A DNA stretch of 63,986 nucleotides, counting the filler, from Chiloscyllium plagiosum (taxonomy: Eukaryota): NCBI RefSeq assembly GCF_004010195.1. It is 4 parts of one record of this genome, joined end to end, with 100 filler letters (N's around TTAATTAATTAA, not from the genome) between each part and the next. Parts side by side here need not be neighbours in the genome. Positions count along the whole stretch, not along the records: positions 26,573 to 54,714 come from NC_057710.1; positions 54,815 to 61,375 come from NC_057710.1; 2 more parts are not named here. One strand, 5' to 3'. A program made the position numbers and the translations under genes. Position 1 is the stretch's first letter; the number at the start of each line of letters is the position of its first letter. Under the pieces are notes generated by a model. That model ran no database searches. It was given only the letters and a program-made list of their open reading frames with translations, and was not told the origin of the DNA. Shown here piece after piece: positions 49,187-61,475 of the stretch.

Positions 49187-50655
49187 CTCCTCGATGCACA
49201 GCAACCTCTATTAGGAACAGTGAGGCTTTAGTTAACATGCTCCGAACACAATGACAGTGACCGCCAACACACCTTGTCGAGGATTGCATTTTCCTTGCAC
49301 AACTGGTCCCAAGACACTAATTGGAAATCCAGGCGTGGATTTTGCATTCCAAAATTCTCTAAAACATGAATGATCATGCATTCAAAACAATTATGAAGAA
49401 ACTAAGTGATTGATGTCATTGTTTGACTATACTTTAACCTATTATCTTTGTGGAAGCTAGACAATTTCTGCAAGTCCTGCTTTAATTGTTTAGACCACTT
49501 GAATTCCTCAGTTACTGAATGTGTTGCATGCTAATTCTCAGCAATGTCCTGAACTCCCAGCCTCAGCACAACTCGGATACCCGTCTTCAGTGCGGACAGG
49601 GACTCCCAGACTCAGCGCAGACCTGGCAGGAAGGGCTTTTGACCAAAAAGACGATTTTCCTGCTCCTCGGATGCTGCCTGACCTGTTGTACTTTTCCAGC
49701 ACCACTCTAAACTTGACACAGACCTGGCATGGCACTCTCTCAATATGGCATGGTGATCTCCCGCCCTGTCATCACAGTCTCTTGGCAGACTGGCGTGGTG
49801 GTCTCTCAGCCTGGTATAATGGTTTCTCAGCCTGGTATGTTGGTCTCTCGGTGTCTCGGTATATGATGGTTTATTGGTCTGGCATGGAGGTCTCTCGGCC
49901 TGGCATGGTGATCTCTCAGCCTGGCATGTTGGTCTCTCGGCATAGCATGGTGGTCTTTCGGCCTGGTGTGGTGGTCTCTCAGTCTGGCATGTTGGTCTCT
50001 CGGCCTGGCGTGATGGTCTCACGGCCTAGCGTGATGATCTCACGGCCTAGCATGGTGATCTCTTGGCCTGGCATAGTCATCTCTCGGTCTGGCATGGCAG
50101 TCTCTCAGCCTGGCGTAGCAGTCTCTTGGGCTGGCGTGATGGTCTCTCGGCCTGGCATGGTGGACTCTCGGCCTGGCATGATGGTCTCTTGATGTGGCAT
50201 GGCAGTCTCTCAGCCTGGCATGATGGTCTCTCGGCCTGACGTGGCAGTCTCTTGGTGCGATGGTCCCTTAGCACCAGACATGATGGTTTCTTGGCAGCCT
50301 GGCATGGTAAAATTCTGGCCTGGCGTGGCCTCGTGTGGACCTCCAGCTTTGCAATGATTCCAGAGCAGTGTCCCAACCTCGTGAGCCTTGAGGGGAAGCC
50401 TGGTGCTGTCTGGAGACAAGAACCCAGTGTGGACTGGAGGCTGGGTGCCAGCGTGATCTGGGTTGGAAGGCTTGTTATTCTGAACTTTATATTTCTTTAG
50501 TTTTTAAATTTATTCCTAAGACCTGTGATGCTGAACTTTTTATTTCCTTATTTTTCTAAGTCTTTTCCCCTAATTATTTGTACTTAAGCATCTGTATTGA
50601 GGTAGCTTTGTAGCGGAGCTGGAGCCTAAGTTGCGATTTGTAATGTGACAATAAA
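49187..50655 (+). repeat. Duplication copy B, continuing into a minisatellite-bearing retroposon with a gtgacaataaa tail
   Basis: Matches 40425-41467; the sequence continues to tgtaatgtgacaataaagct at about 50655, the same tail type as at 9175-9190. Confidence 0.8.
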
Positions 50656-50691
50656 GCTCATCCTGAGATCCTAAAATGTTTTTTTTTTCAG

Positions 50692-50717
50692 GAATTGTGT
50701 GCATTTATCCACCACTG
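50692..50717 (+). other. Candidate 26-bp micro-exon (ELCAFIHH)
   Basis: Strong acceptor gttttttttttcag|, donor CTG|GTGAAT; phase-0 start compatible with 40455. Confidence 0.2.
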
Positions 50718-50944
50718 GTGAATAGATTTACATGGACACCCGTGCATGTAGCTAAAATCTTGCTATAGTCACAAGCGTGAATGGTCACCCATTTCAAGAA
50801 GTTGACAGAGGTCTAGAAGCTGAGTAGAATCATGCTTGAAGATTAATTACATGCAAAAATAAAACAATGAGAAAGCTGTTGTCATTCATGAATTATAACT
50901 TCTCACAAGTCATCACTTTCAAGTGAAGAGAGCAGAAGTTTTAA

Positions 50945-51335
50945 CCAGATAGATGGGAGACCCCCAGGAGGGGCGTGCAGGCAGGAAGGCAGTGCCTGTG
51001 AGTATTCCCCTCTCTAACAGTGATACCCTTCGGATACTGTTGGATGTTGAATTCTCAGGGAAAGCAGCAGCAGAACTGGCACTGCTTTATAGCAGGGAGA
51101 GTTGGAATGGAGGCCAGAGGTAGTGATAGGGGATTCTGTAATCAGGGGCACAAATAGACACTTCTGTGGCCACAGGTGAGACTCCAGGATAGTGAGTTAC
51201 CTCCCAGGTGTCAGGGTCAAGAATGTCTCTGAGAGGGTGTGGGTTATTTTGACGAGAGAGAGTGAGCAGCCAGAGACTGTTTGATGAGCGAGGTTAAAAC
51301 TCGAAAAGCAGGACCTCTCAGATTGTAATCTGAGG
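50945..51335 (+). mobile_element. CR1 ORF1 (SGNH/esterase-like) fragment
   Basis: VSIPLSN; VVIGDSVIRGTNRHFCGHR.DSRIVSYLPGVRVKNVSERV. Confidence 0.8.
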
Positions 51336-51372
51336 AATATTCATCATTTAATTCCTTGCACAATGTTGCAAG

Positions 51373-52033
51373 TGTTACGACATGGGGTAAATCGTCCTGC
51401 TTAATTCAAACTAGCAACACAGAAAAAAATTATCCCACGCAGCAATATGTAAAGGTTTGAGAGGCCAAGAACTATTTAAAGTAAAAATTAACAACTTTAT
51501 TTCTTAAAGTATAACAGAGAATAATCAAGTAACAACGATTTACAAATCCTTCGTCTAACTTATCTTTTACCTTCCCCTTCTACAATAGTCCGATATGACC
51601 CTCCAATTAAGCTTTACCAAATATTTAAGCTTTCAAGACCAGCCAGATGTCAATTCTTCTCTTCCTCGGTCTTCTTTTCTTCTTCTTAGGGATTTCTATT
51701 TCACAGGTCACGGATCGATCAAGGTACCTTTAAGAGAGATATTTTTCGGGCAGCCTCTACATGCTGGTGGCTTGGCAGTTCTCCTCCCAACTGTTCAATT
51801 TTCCCCGGCCTTATACTCCTAAAACATCGGACTGTGTCATTGGCTTTTAAGATTGTCAATATACTTAAACTGATTGGCCTAATTCAAATCTGTTTTTGTC
51901 TCCAGGCAAACAGCTACCCCTGTAGCTGGACCACATGTTACATTGCATCTTATTCAGAACACTTTGTGCTGTCAAGTAGTTCTGCTAGCTTTTATCTCTC
52001 TGAAAGGTACAGTATACCCACATCTTCATAAGA
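51373..52033 (-). mobile_element. Solo LTR (about 661 bp)
   Basis: Starts tgttacga, ends ttcataaga; 4-bp TSD CAAG (51369-51372 and 52034-52037); AATAAA on minus at about 51496. Confidence 0.75.
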
Positions 52034-52069
52034 CAAGGCTCACAATGAGTGTCATATTGTTGACTAAAG

Positions 52070-52355
52070 TCATAAAATCCCTACAGTACAGATATAGGCC
52101 ATTCAGCCCATTGAGTTTACATTGACCCTCCAAAAAGCATCCCATCCTATAAATCCATATTTACGCCAGTTAACCCACCTAGCTTGCACACTATAGGGCA
52201 ATTCAGCATGGCCAATCCACCTAATCTGTATATCTTTAGACTGTGAGGGGAAACTTCAGCACCCAGAGGAAACCCACACAGATAGTTGCCTGAAGGTGGA
52301 ATCGAACCTGGGTCCCTGACGTCATAACGCAGCAGTGCGAATCATTGTGCCACCG
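52070..52355 (-). mobile_element. HE1/V-SINE-type SINE (degenerate)
   Basis: Same motifs as the other copies. Confidence 0.8.
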
Positions 52356-53026
52356 TGCCTCTTATTCTTTCCTGCTTCATGGGTTACGGCCCTCGCTTCT
52401 CCAAATTAATGAGATTGAGATCCTTAATCCCTGGAATCAGTCTTGCAAATCTTCCCTGCACCATGTATAAAGCCTTGATGTCTGTCATATCCCATCGGCC
52501 CCGTCTCCATGCTCCTCTCAGTGAAATATGTCATTTTGTATTCTTCGTCTTAAACGCCACCTGCCACATGCCCTTCCTATCCAATAGCTTGTTAAATTCC
52601 AAGTTTGATGTCATCTGCAAATTTGAACTTTGTGCCCCGTATCCTAAAGCTTAAGAAATTACCACTAAACTCAGTCATTAATATCTGGCTTGCATACACA
52701 CAGCGATCCTCTTTGTTGATTTCCTTTAAAGCATGTTTAGTTTATTCAGTGTTCAGCTGTTCTGTACAGTGCCTTTAGAATACTTACATAAGCTTTGTTC
52801 ACATGTGTATTTCTGAAAAGCTGCCAAACATTCAACCAGCCTAAAGTTGTCAGCAACTTGGCTCATAGAACAGAAATCCTGTTGACTGGGTGGCATGAAT
52901 CTGATGAGGAAGGCTGCCTTCAAGGGGAGGCAATAGGTTCAAATGTAATTACATTTCAGACTGTACAATATCCTCATGCCTTGCAACACATAAATGATTA
53001 CAACGTCATCTCTGCTTCAGTGACTT

Positions 53027-53800
53027 AGAGTCATAGAGGTTACAGCATGGAAACAGGCCCTTCGGCCCAACTTTGCCATGCCGCCTAGTTTTCACAATTA
53101 AGCTAGTCCCATTTGCCTGCGTTTGGTCCATAACCCTCCATACCTATCCCATCCATCTACCTGTCAAAATGTTACTTAAATGACAAAATTGTACTCGCCT
53201 CCACCACAGCCTTTGGCAGCCTGTTTGAGACACTCACCACCCTCTGTGTGAAAACATTCCTCCTCTGGATTCTTTTGTATCTCTCCCCTCTCACCATAAA
53301 CCCCTGTAGTTTTAGACTCCTCTACCATGGGGAAAAGCTGTTGGATGTCTACCTTATCTACACTTCTCGTGACTTTGTAGACGTCAATAAGGTCACCCCT
53401 CAGTATCCTATGCTCCAGGGAAAAAAAGTCAGAGCCTTTCCAGCCTCTTCTTATAGGTTAAGCCCTCCAGTTCAGGGAGCTTTCTAGTAAATCTTATCAA
53501 ATAAGTCAAGCTGCTTTACAGATAACTGGTCATAAGACCAGATGAGGCTTTTTGGACCATCGGGTCTGCTCCATCAGCCAATGAGATCAAGGTTGGTCTG
53601 AGAATCCATAACTCCACTTTCTTGCTTTTTCCCCATAACCCTTGATTCCCTTAAACCTTGCCGATCTCAGCCTTCAATATTCATAATAATACATTTTCGA
53701 CAGCCCTCTGCGATAAAGAATTCCACAGGTACTGTACCCTGTGGGAGAAGGAATTCCTTCACATCTCTGTCTTAAGTGGATAACCCTTCACTCTTATGCC
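53027..53800 (-). mobile_element. CR1 3' fragments
   Basis: Two CR1 3' ends on minus, with tails agagtcatagag and cataagaccag. Confidence 0.8.
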
Positions 53801-54000
53801 CTCCGTGTTATGAAGTTGTAGAGGTGCACTGTACCTTTAAGAGAGTTAACGTCAGGTCCTCGATTCTCAGACAAGGGAATACAACCTCTCAGCGTTTAAA
53901 TAACACAAATAACCATGATGCCAGAAATCTGAAGAAAGACACAGAAATTTTTGAATAAATTCAGAAGTTTATTTCAATGCAAGGGGCCTAACAGGGAAGG

Positions 54001-54126
54001 GATTCCTGAAGAAGGGCTTATGCCCGAAATGTCGATTCTCCTGTTCTCTGGATGCTGCCTGACCTGCTGCGCTCTTCCAGCAACACATTTCAGCTCTAAT
54101 CTCCAGCATCTGCAGACCTCACTTTC
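54001..54126 (+). mobile_element. Penelope-derived short element with 15-bp TSD
   Basis: TSD gcctaacagggaagg at 53986-54000 and 54127-54141; core CTGAAGA-A-GGGCTTATGCCC-GAAATGTC. Confidence 0.85.
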
Positions 54127-54714
54127 GCCTAACAGGGAAGGCAGATGAACTCAGGGCATGGTTAGGAACATAGGACTGGGATATCATAGCAATTACAGAA
54201 ACACAACTCAGGGATGGGCAGGACTGGCAGCTTAATGTTCCAGGATACAAATGCTACAGGAAGGATAGAAAGGGAGGCAAGAGAGGAGGGGGAGTGGCAA
54301 TTTTGATAAGGGGTAGCATTACAGCTGTGCTGAGGGAGGATATTCCCAGAAATACATCCAGGGAAGTTATTTGGGTGGAACTGAGAAATAAGAAAGGGAT
54401 GATCACCTCATTGGGATTGTATTATAGACCCCCTAATAGTCAGAGGGAAATTGAGAAACAAACTTGTAAGGAGATCTCAGCTATCTGTAAGAATAATAGG
54501 GTAGTTATGGTAGGTGATTTTAACTTTCCAAACATCGACTGGGACTGCCATAGTGTTAAAGGTTTAGATGGAGAGGAATTTCTTAAGTGTGTACAAGACA
54601 ATTTTCTGATTCAGTATGTGGATGTACCTACTAGAGAAGGTGCAAAACTTGACCTACTCTTGGGAAATAAGGCAGGGCAGGTGACTGAGGTGTCAGTGGG
54701 GGAACACTTTGGGG
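54127..54714 (+). mobile_element. CR1 ORF2 APE-endonuclease fragment
   Basis: GGGVAILIR, LGLYYRPPNS, MVGDFNFPNIDW, LDLLLGN, VGEHFG. Confidence 0.92.
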
Positions 54715-54814
54715 NNNNNNNNNNNNNNNNNNNNNNNNNNNNNNNNNNNNNNNNNNNNTTAATTAATTAANNNNNNNNNNNNNNNNNNNNNNNNNNNNNN
54801 NNNNNNNNNNNNNN
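54715..54814. other. Artificial scaffold spacer (N44-TTAATTAATTAA-N44)
   Basis: 12-mer at 54759-54770 inside Ns. Confidence 0.95.
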
Positions 54815-55034
54815 CTATCACCTTCATCCCCTCCCCCACTCACCCATTGTACTCTATGCTACTTTCTCCCCACCCCCCCCCTCCTCTAGCTTATCTCTCC
54901 ATGCTTCAGGCTCTCTGCCTTTATTCCTGATGAAGGGCTTTTGCCCAAAATGTCGATTTCGCTGCTCCTTGGATGCTGTCTGTACTGCTGTGCTCTTCCA
55001 GCACCGCTAATCTAGACTATGATTGGTTGTGATA

Positions 55035-55478
55035 GGCTGGGCATGCCATCTGCATGACCGACATGAGACTCCCCAAGCGGGTGCTCTACTGCCAGCTCCG
55101 AAGCGCCTGGTGAGCCCCAGGTGGACAGAGGAAATGCTTCAGTGATTCCCTCAAGGCCTCCCTGGTGAAGTGCGGCATTCCCACAGACACCTGGGAATCA
55201 CTGGCCCAAGTCCTTCCACAGTGGAGCAAGACCATCCAGGAAGGTGTTAAGTACCTTGCAACCTGCTATCAGGAGAAAGCAGAAACCAGGTGGAAACAGC
55301 ATACAGGGCACGCTGCTACACCAGCACCCCACCCACCCCTTCCCCGTGACCACCACCTGCCCCCAGTGTAACAGAGCCTGCAGTAGCCACATCGGTCTGT
55401 ACATCCACCTACAGGCTCACCCTGAGAGTGGAAGAGAGTCATCTTTGTCTGCGATGGAGCGCCACTGATGCTGATGAG
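55035..55478 (+). mobile_element. RTE-clade LINE 3' end
   Basis: AGHAICMTDMRLPKRVLY...PGGQRKCFSDSLKASL.KCGI...WE.LA, a terminal C2H2 (CPQCNRACSSHIGLYIHLQAH) and a short tandem tail. Confidence 0.8.
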
Positions 55479-55679
55479 GATAACAAGTGTATCCTTCCTT
55501 AGGTAAGGGGACCAGAACTACACAGTATACTCCATGTGCAGTCTTACCAGTGTTCTGTACAATTGAGGCATGTCTTGTTTGCTCCTGTACTCAAACAGCA
55601 TATTCTCTGCTATTTAGAAGATTCTCATAGAAGCTTGAACAATTCTTAAAGGACGAGACAGAATACATGTTTTTTGTCC

Positions 55680-55860
55680 ATTAAGATGACAGAGGCTAAT
55701 TGGTTAATGTCTCACTTGAAAGACAGTGTCTCTTACAGTGCAGTACCTTCTCTCTATTATAGTGAGAGGGTTAACACAGACCATGTATGTCCCAGTTTCC
55801 TGAATGACACCAAAGCCCACAGAATTTGACTCCGAGACTAGCGTGCTACTCACTGATCAA
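55680..55860 (-). mobile_element. Old Deu-domain (SacSINE-like) SINE remnant; a second remnant at about 56945-57190
   Basis: ggttaatgtctcacttgaaagacagtgtctcttacagtgcagtac resembles the DeuSINE core from memory; heavily diverged. Confidence 0.5.
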
Positions 55861-56034
55861 AGTCATCTCCTCTGACACTCACTCATTACTTTCAGTTAAA
55901 AGCGAAGCCTGATTTGACCCCCAAATAAAAACAAAAAGACATTAGAAAGGGGAATCTGAAACAAGAACAGATGATGCTAGAAATTCTCAGCTGGTCTGCA
56001 GAGTGACGTTAGTGTTTGAAGTTGGATATTTTTT

Positions 56035-56258
56035 GGATCTGAGAATGAGGTACTGGAAAAGCACAGCAGGTCAGGCAGCATCCGAGGAGTAGGAAAATCG
56101 ACGTTTCGGGCAAAAACCGTTCATCACCCTTTCCTGATGTAGAGCTTATGCCCAAAACATGAATTCTCCTGCTCCTCAGATGCTGCCTGACATGCTGTGC
56201 TTTTCCAGCAACACACTCTCGGCTCTGATGTCCAGCATCTGCAGTCCTCACTTTTGCC
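56035..56258. mobile_element. Palindromic Penelope-derived element
   Basis: ctggaaaagcacagcaggtcaggcagcatc ... gatgctgcctgacatgctgtgcttttccag inverted arms with ctgatg cores. Confidence 0.85.
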
Positions 56259-58874
56259 TATTTTTTGGGCCTATCAGCATTGTAACCAGCCCCCTTAATG
56301 GCAGCATGTTGACAAAGCCGAGTAGAGTTTCAAATTGAGTTATCTGCACTACACTGCATCCTGATTTCTTATTCCAGGAGTTATATGTATACATTGTAGT
56401 TGCTGAAACCCAGACTGCACTGTCGAGGTTGAAAGGAATTGGGTAGAAGAATGTCAGTCGGCAAGTCTGTGGAATATGGACGGAAATGAAGGAGACATAA
56501 AAAGTTTGATTGAGGTCGAGCAAGGGATTGTTGTTTCATGGTAGAGTTTGTGTATTCATATACCACCTTTCATGTCCTCAGGCTGCGTTTTTAATTCATT
56601 CACAGGATGGACATCGCTGACCAGGCCAGCATTTATTACCCATTCCTAATTGCCCAGAGGGCAGTTAAGGGTCAACCACGTTGTTACGGGTCTGAAGACA
56701 CACGTAGGCCAGACCAGGTAAGGATGGCAATTGCCTCCCCTAAAGGACATTAGTGAACCAGATGGGGTTTTCCGACAATGGATTCATGGTCACCCTTTAG
56801 ACTCCTAATCACAAATCTTTAAAACTTTGAATCCAAATTCCACTGCCTGCTGTGACAGGATTCAAACCCAGGTCCCCAGAACATTACCGGGGTCTCTAGA
56901 TTAATAGTCCAGTGGTAACACCACCAGGCCATTGCCTACCCATTTTTCAGCCTATGATATATTTTTGAGGCACTCCTTGGGCGGACAGTTAATTTGCAAT
57001 ACAGCAAGGTACACTGACTGAAAATGACCTTAATGCGTACTGTTGGCTTCATTGGTAGACATTTGTCGGGACATTGAGAACTTTCCCTTGTCAAATAGTG
57101 TCACAGTCCCATGAACACCTGAACAAAGATTTGACTGAGGATCAGCTTAAAGCATTGTCGAAAAGACAAATTCCTCTGACAGTACAGTGGCCACAAGAGA
57201 AGGTCACAGGCCAGGAATACTGCGGCGAGTAATTCACTTCCTGACACCCCATCACAAGACATTTTTTAATCAGTAAGGGGATCAATGGTTATGAGGAAAA
57301 GGCAGGAAAGTGGACGTGAGGAGTATCAGATCAAATACCTGAATGGCTGAGCAGACATGATGGGCTGAATGGCCAACTTCTGCCTCAAGGTTTTGTGAAG
57401 TTAGCTGCAACAGGCCTGAGGCTCTGTGCTGAAAACAACAAAGACTGGAGATTACAGCAGGTCAGCCAGCATCCATGGAGAGAGAGAGAGGGAGAGGGAG
57501 AGAGAGTGAGTGAGTGAGTTAATGCTTTGAAATGTTAGCTTGCTCTCTCTCCATAGATGCTGCCTGACCCACTGTGATCTCTAGCACTTTTTGTCTTCAG
57601 TATAGATTCCAGCATCTGCAGTAATTTGCTCCTACATTGCGGCTCAGTGCTACCTGATCCTGAGTCAGTTGTTTAAGCAGAAGTTTCAATCGCAGACTTG
57701 GCAGGTGCCCCTTCTGTCTGTGGCTGAAGTATCCACCATCTACCATCTGCTCTGCAGCATATCCCTCATGTCTGTCCTCTGGTAACAAAAAGGCCAGTGT
57801 TGTGGGTAAACCGTGACACAAACATGAGCTTTCAGTCATTCTTTCATTGTTCCAAAGTCAAAGTCCTGAGATTCCTGACAGAACGCTCACTGTGGAAGAC
57901 CCCCCCCCATCGCACTGACCGCACAGGGTGGCCCACTGACACCACCTCACAGTATCCAGGGACACACAATACAAATCCAAAACCAAATCCCGAGACTGAG
58001 AAAGAGAAACAGCCATTGTATTTAGCTTTAAAACATTAGACAGATGTGATATTTATAGACGACTATCTTTAGGATCAGAACTCTGTTTCCCTGCAGTAGT
58101 TGTGAAGGATGTGCAAAACTGTACATGATCTCTTTCGATGCAGTTCTGACATAACACAGGCACCTGACAATATGCTGAGCCCCTACGGGATGTTCGGCAA
58201 AAAGCTGCCTCATGATGGGGAGCTGCTAAAGTAGCCTTGGCACCCAGAGTTCTCAAGGTTCAAAACTAGGAGCTGGACTCTTCGGAGGAAGGATCACCTG
58301 ACCCAAAATGTTAACTTTTATTTCTCTTCACTGATGCTGCCGAACCTTTCCAGCAACTTCTGTGTTTCCTAGGAAGCAGGACTAAGCCATTCATCAGCCC
58401 TTTGAGACTGCTTCACCATTCAACACCATCATCCAGCTCAGATCCCCTTCCCGTTTTCTTCCCAAACCTTTTGATCCTTTTAGTTCCAAGAACCATATCT
58501 AACTCCTCCTTGGCTGGAGGGAAGAATATTCGAGTGAGAGTTTAAGGATTGTTAAGCCTTTTGTCATTGTCATTTGGGAAGTGAGACCTGTGGGATTTGA
58601 GAAGAGTTTTCCCAGACATGGGTCGAACCTCACCACATTGGGAATGGTCAGCGTGGGTCTGTCCGCAGCAGCTGACCCAAGCAGGAGCTGGGAGGTCCCT
58701 CATGGATTTGATGGGATTCTGGACACTGTCAGAGCATTGGGAAAATCCACTGAGCCAACATGGAGCACCATTCCAGTCTAGTCACTATCTGACTGATTCA
58801 CCTATGGACGGAAATCCCACACTGGTCAAGGAATCTGTGCTGCGTTCTCCTACACTCTGTAGGATTTCAAAATG

Positions 58875-59428
58875 AGTTGGTTAAGCTCAATTGGACGGAG
58901 AGCTGACTTCCAAATCAAAGTGACGCTGACAATGTGGGTTCCTGCACTGGTTGAGGTTACCATGAATGTTCCAGCTTGGCCCCTACCTGAGCTATGGTGT
59001 CTGTAATGGTTGGAACCAGGCCCAAAGTGATCTGTTTGACTACAATATCCTTGATTGGGGTGTTAACATGAGCCAATCAGGGAGCCCTGGCTGACAGATT
59101 CAAACAATAGATTGGACTTTTTGTGTCATAGTGGTATGTCCTCACCTCTGAACCAAGAGACCCAGGTTCAAGTCCCACCTGCTCCAGAGGGATATGATAG
59201 CATCACTGAACAGGTTAATTAAGAAAATAGGGTTCAATATAAAAAAATTATAAACAGCAGATTCTGAAGTCTCCTCAGTCTAGGGACTGACCCTGAGCTG
59301 GCTGGTCAGAGCCTGTGTACAGTACACATGTAAAGAATGGGCGGCTTGGTGATGGGATTCCGGCCTTTGTGCAGTTAGTTCAGAGATCCTCAAGTTAAAC
59401 CACCACAAGGTGTCTCTCTCTAATGAGC
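58875..59428 (+). mobile_element. Nested repeats: SINE split by an LTR-like insert (59002-59382) that itself contains a tRNA-like SINE head (about 59120-59225)
   Basis: SINE sequence stops at ctatggtg and resumes at tcctcaagttaaaccacc; TG...CA insert; an inverted copy of the SINE head lies at about 59880-59990. Confidence 0.5.
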
Positions 59429-60177
59429 CAATGTTGACTTTATGTATTGCTTTTCGGAATCGAAACTGGTTATGTTCCACATGAGGAACTATCTTGTAGC
59501 GGCTTCTCTCCACGTGCAAACTGAAGAGGATTGTTAAAGGGATGGCTCTTTGATTCAGGGTCAGGAGGCAGTTGGTTTTGTAATCGTACAGCTATGTTCT
59601 AAAAATGGTTGAAAGCGTGACCTTTCAGAATGTGCTGCCGAGCTGTTCAAGGTCAGAACGAAATAGTTTCGGAGTATTGGCACCCTTTGCATTCCAGGAT
59701 CGAAATGCATTTTCTCTGAATGGTTCAGCATTACATCAGTGTGAGCAAAAGACAGGGTGCGTGCAGTGTCTTGGCTGATCTGTCAACCTCTCCATCCCAC
59801 TCCCCATCCACCACCCTGACAGTCATTACACTAAGTGGAAACCTTTTGGAATGGGAGGGGACTGGGCAGAGTATAATAAGATTTTTAATCGACCTGTTTG
59901 GAAATGTTCCAGCACGCCTCTGGAGCAGGTGGGATATGAGCCCGTGCCTTCTAACCCTGAGGTAAGCTACTACCACTGCACCACAGGGGTCTTATTTGAC
60001 AGGGTATATGCCGAAGGGTGACTCCTCCAGTGCAGTTACGTAGAATGGAGGAACATAGTTTAAAAATAAAATGTCTCTCATTTGAGATAAAGCTTATTTT
60101 CTCTGAGTTTGATGAGCCCTGTCAAACTGTGTTCCCCTGAAGATGGTGGAGACAGGTCATTATCTACTTGACACCAG

Positions 60178-60517
60178 GGCGGCACGGTGGATCAGTGGTT
60201 AGCACTGCTGACTCACAGCACCGTGGAATCAGGTTCGATTCCAGCCTCGGGCGACTGTACGAAGTATGCACATTCTCCCCGTGTCTGCATGGGTTTCCTC
60301 CAGGTGCTCCGATTTCTTCTCACGATTCAAAGATGTGCAGGTTAGGTGAATTGACTGTGCTAAATTGCCTGTAGTTTTCAGGGATTTGTAGGTTAGGTGC
60401 ATTAGTCAGAGGTAAATATAGAGTAGGGGAATGGGTCTGGGTGGGTTACTTTTGGGGGGGGGGGATGGTGTGGACTTGTTGGGCCGAAGGGCCTGTTTCC
60501 ACACTGTAGGGATTCTA
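60178..60517 (+). mobile_element. HE1/V-SINE-type SINE
   Basis: ggcggcacggtggatcagtggttagcactgctg...ggttcgattcc head; tail ttccacactgtagggattct. Confidence 0.9.
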
Positions 60518-61096
60518 CTTTTAGGACAGAGGGAGATAGAATCTTGACATCAAGAGAGTCAGAGGTTGTAGCCAAGAAAGTGGGATCGGGCCACAATCAG
60601 ATCAGCCATGGTCTTATCTAATGGCACAGCAGGTTCAGGGGCCAAATGGTCATACGTCTAATTCATATGCATGAATTATATGTGTGTGTTATGGATTTGA
60701 AAATGTCACCTCTCCAATCAGTGACGGTCTATCCCAGACCTCCATCTCTGGGGAGAAAGTGGGAGCAGGGGACTGAGTTGGATGATCAGCCATGATCATA
60801 TTGAATGGCAGAGGAGGCTGTAGTGGTAGGCTTAAAAAACAATGTCTGCGAACCACACCATTAAGGGTTAATCAGACATGACAATGAGCAATGAAGACAA
60901 GTGAAAGATTACTGGCCTCGTGCAAAAAAACAGCTTTGGTTGCTGGGTAACTGCATAACCTTGATGGTCTATGGGAACCATACACGGCCACCTGGATGAT
61001 CTTTTCAACTTATTGTCTGCACAATGGAATATCTGGAAAGGTACTGAAAAGACTACGAAATGGTGATGCAGCACATAACAGGGGAGTATGCGTATT

Positions 61097-61375
61097 ATAG
61101 AACATAGAACATAGAAGAATACAGCGCAGTACAGGCCCTTCGGCCCTCGGTGTTGCGCCGATCCAAGCCCACCTAACCTACATTAGCCCACTATCCTCCA
61201 TATGCCTATCCAATGCCCGCTTAAATGCCCATAATGAGGGAGAGTCCACCACTGCTACTGGCAGGGCATTCCATGAACTCACGACTCGCTGAGTAAAGAA
61301 CCTACCCCTAACATCTGTCCTATAACTACCCCCCCCCCCCTTAATTTAAAGCTATGCCCACTTGTAATAGCTGAC
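61097..61375 (-). mobile_element. Young CR1 3' end
   Basis: tagaacatagaacatagaa tail; RVVSSWNALP on minus. Confidence 0.85.
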
Positions 61376-61475
61376 NNNNNNNNNNNNNNNNNNNNNNNNN
61401 NNNNNNNNNNNNNNNNNNNTTAATTAATTAANNNNNNNNNNNNNNNNNNNNNNNNNNNNNNNNNNNNNNNNNNNN
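61376..61475. other. Artificial scaffold spacer (N44-TTAATTAATTAA-N44)
   Basis: 12-mer at 61420-61431 inside Ns. Confidence 0.95.

Noticed and set aside
59440..59484. AFRNRNWLCST, resembling the IL-1 family signature
   Set aside because: Immediately followed by a stop, abuts SINE sequence and has no supporting upstream similarity.
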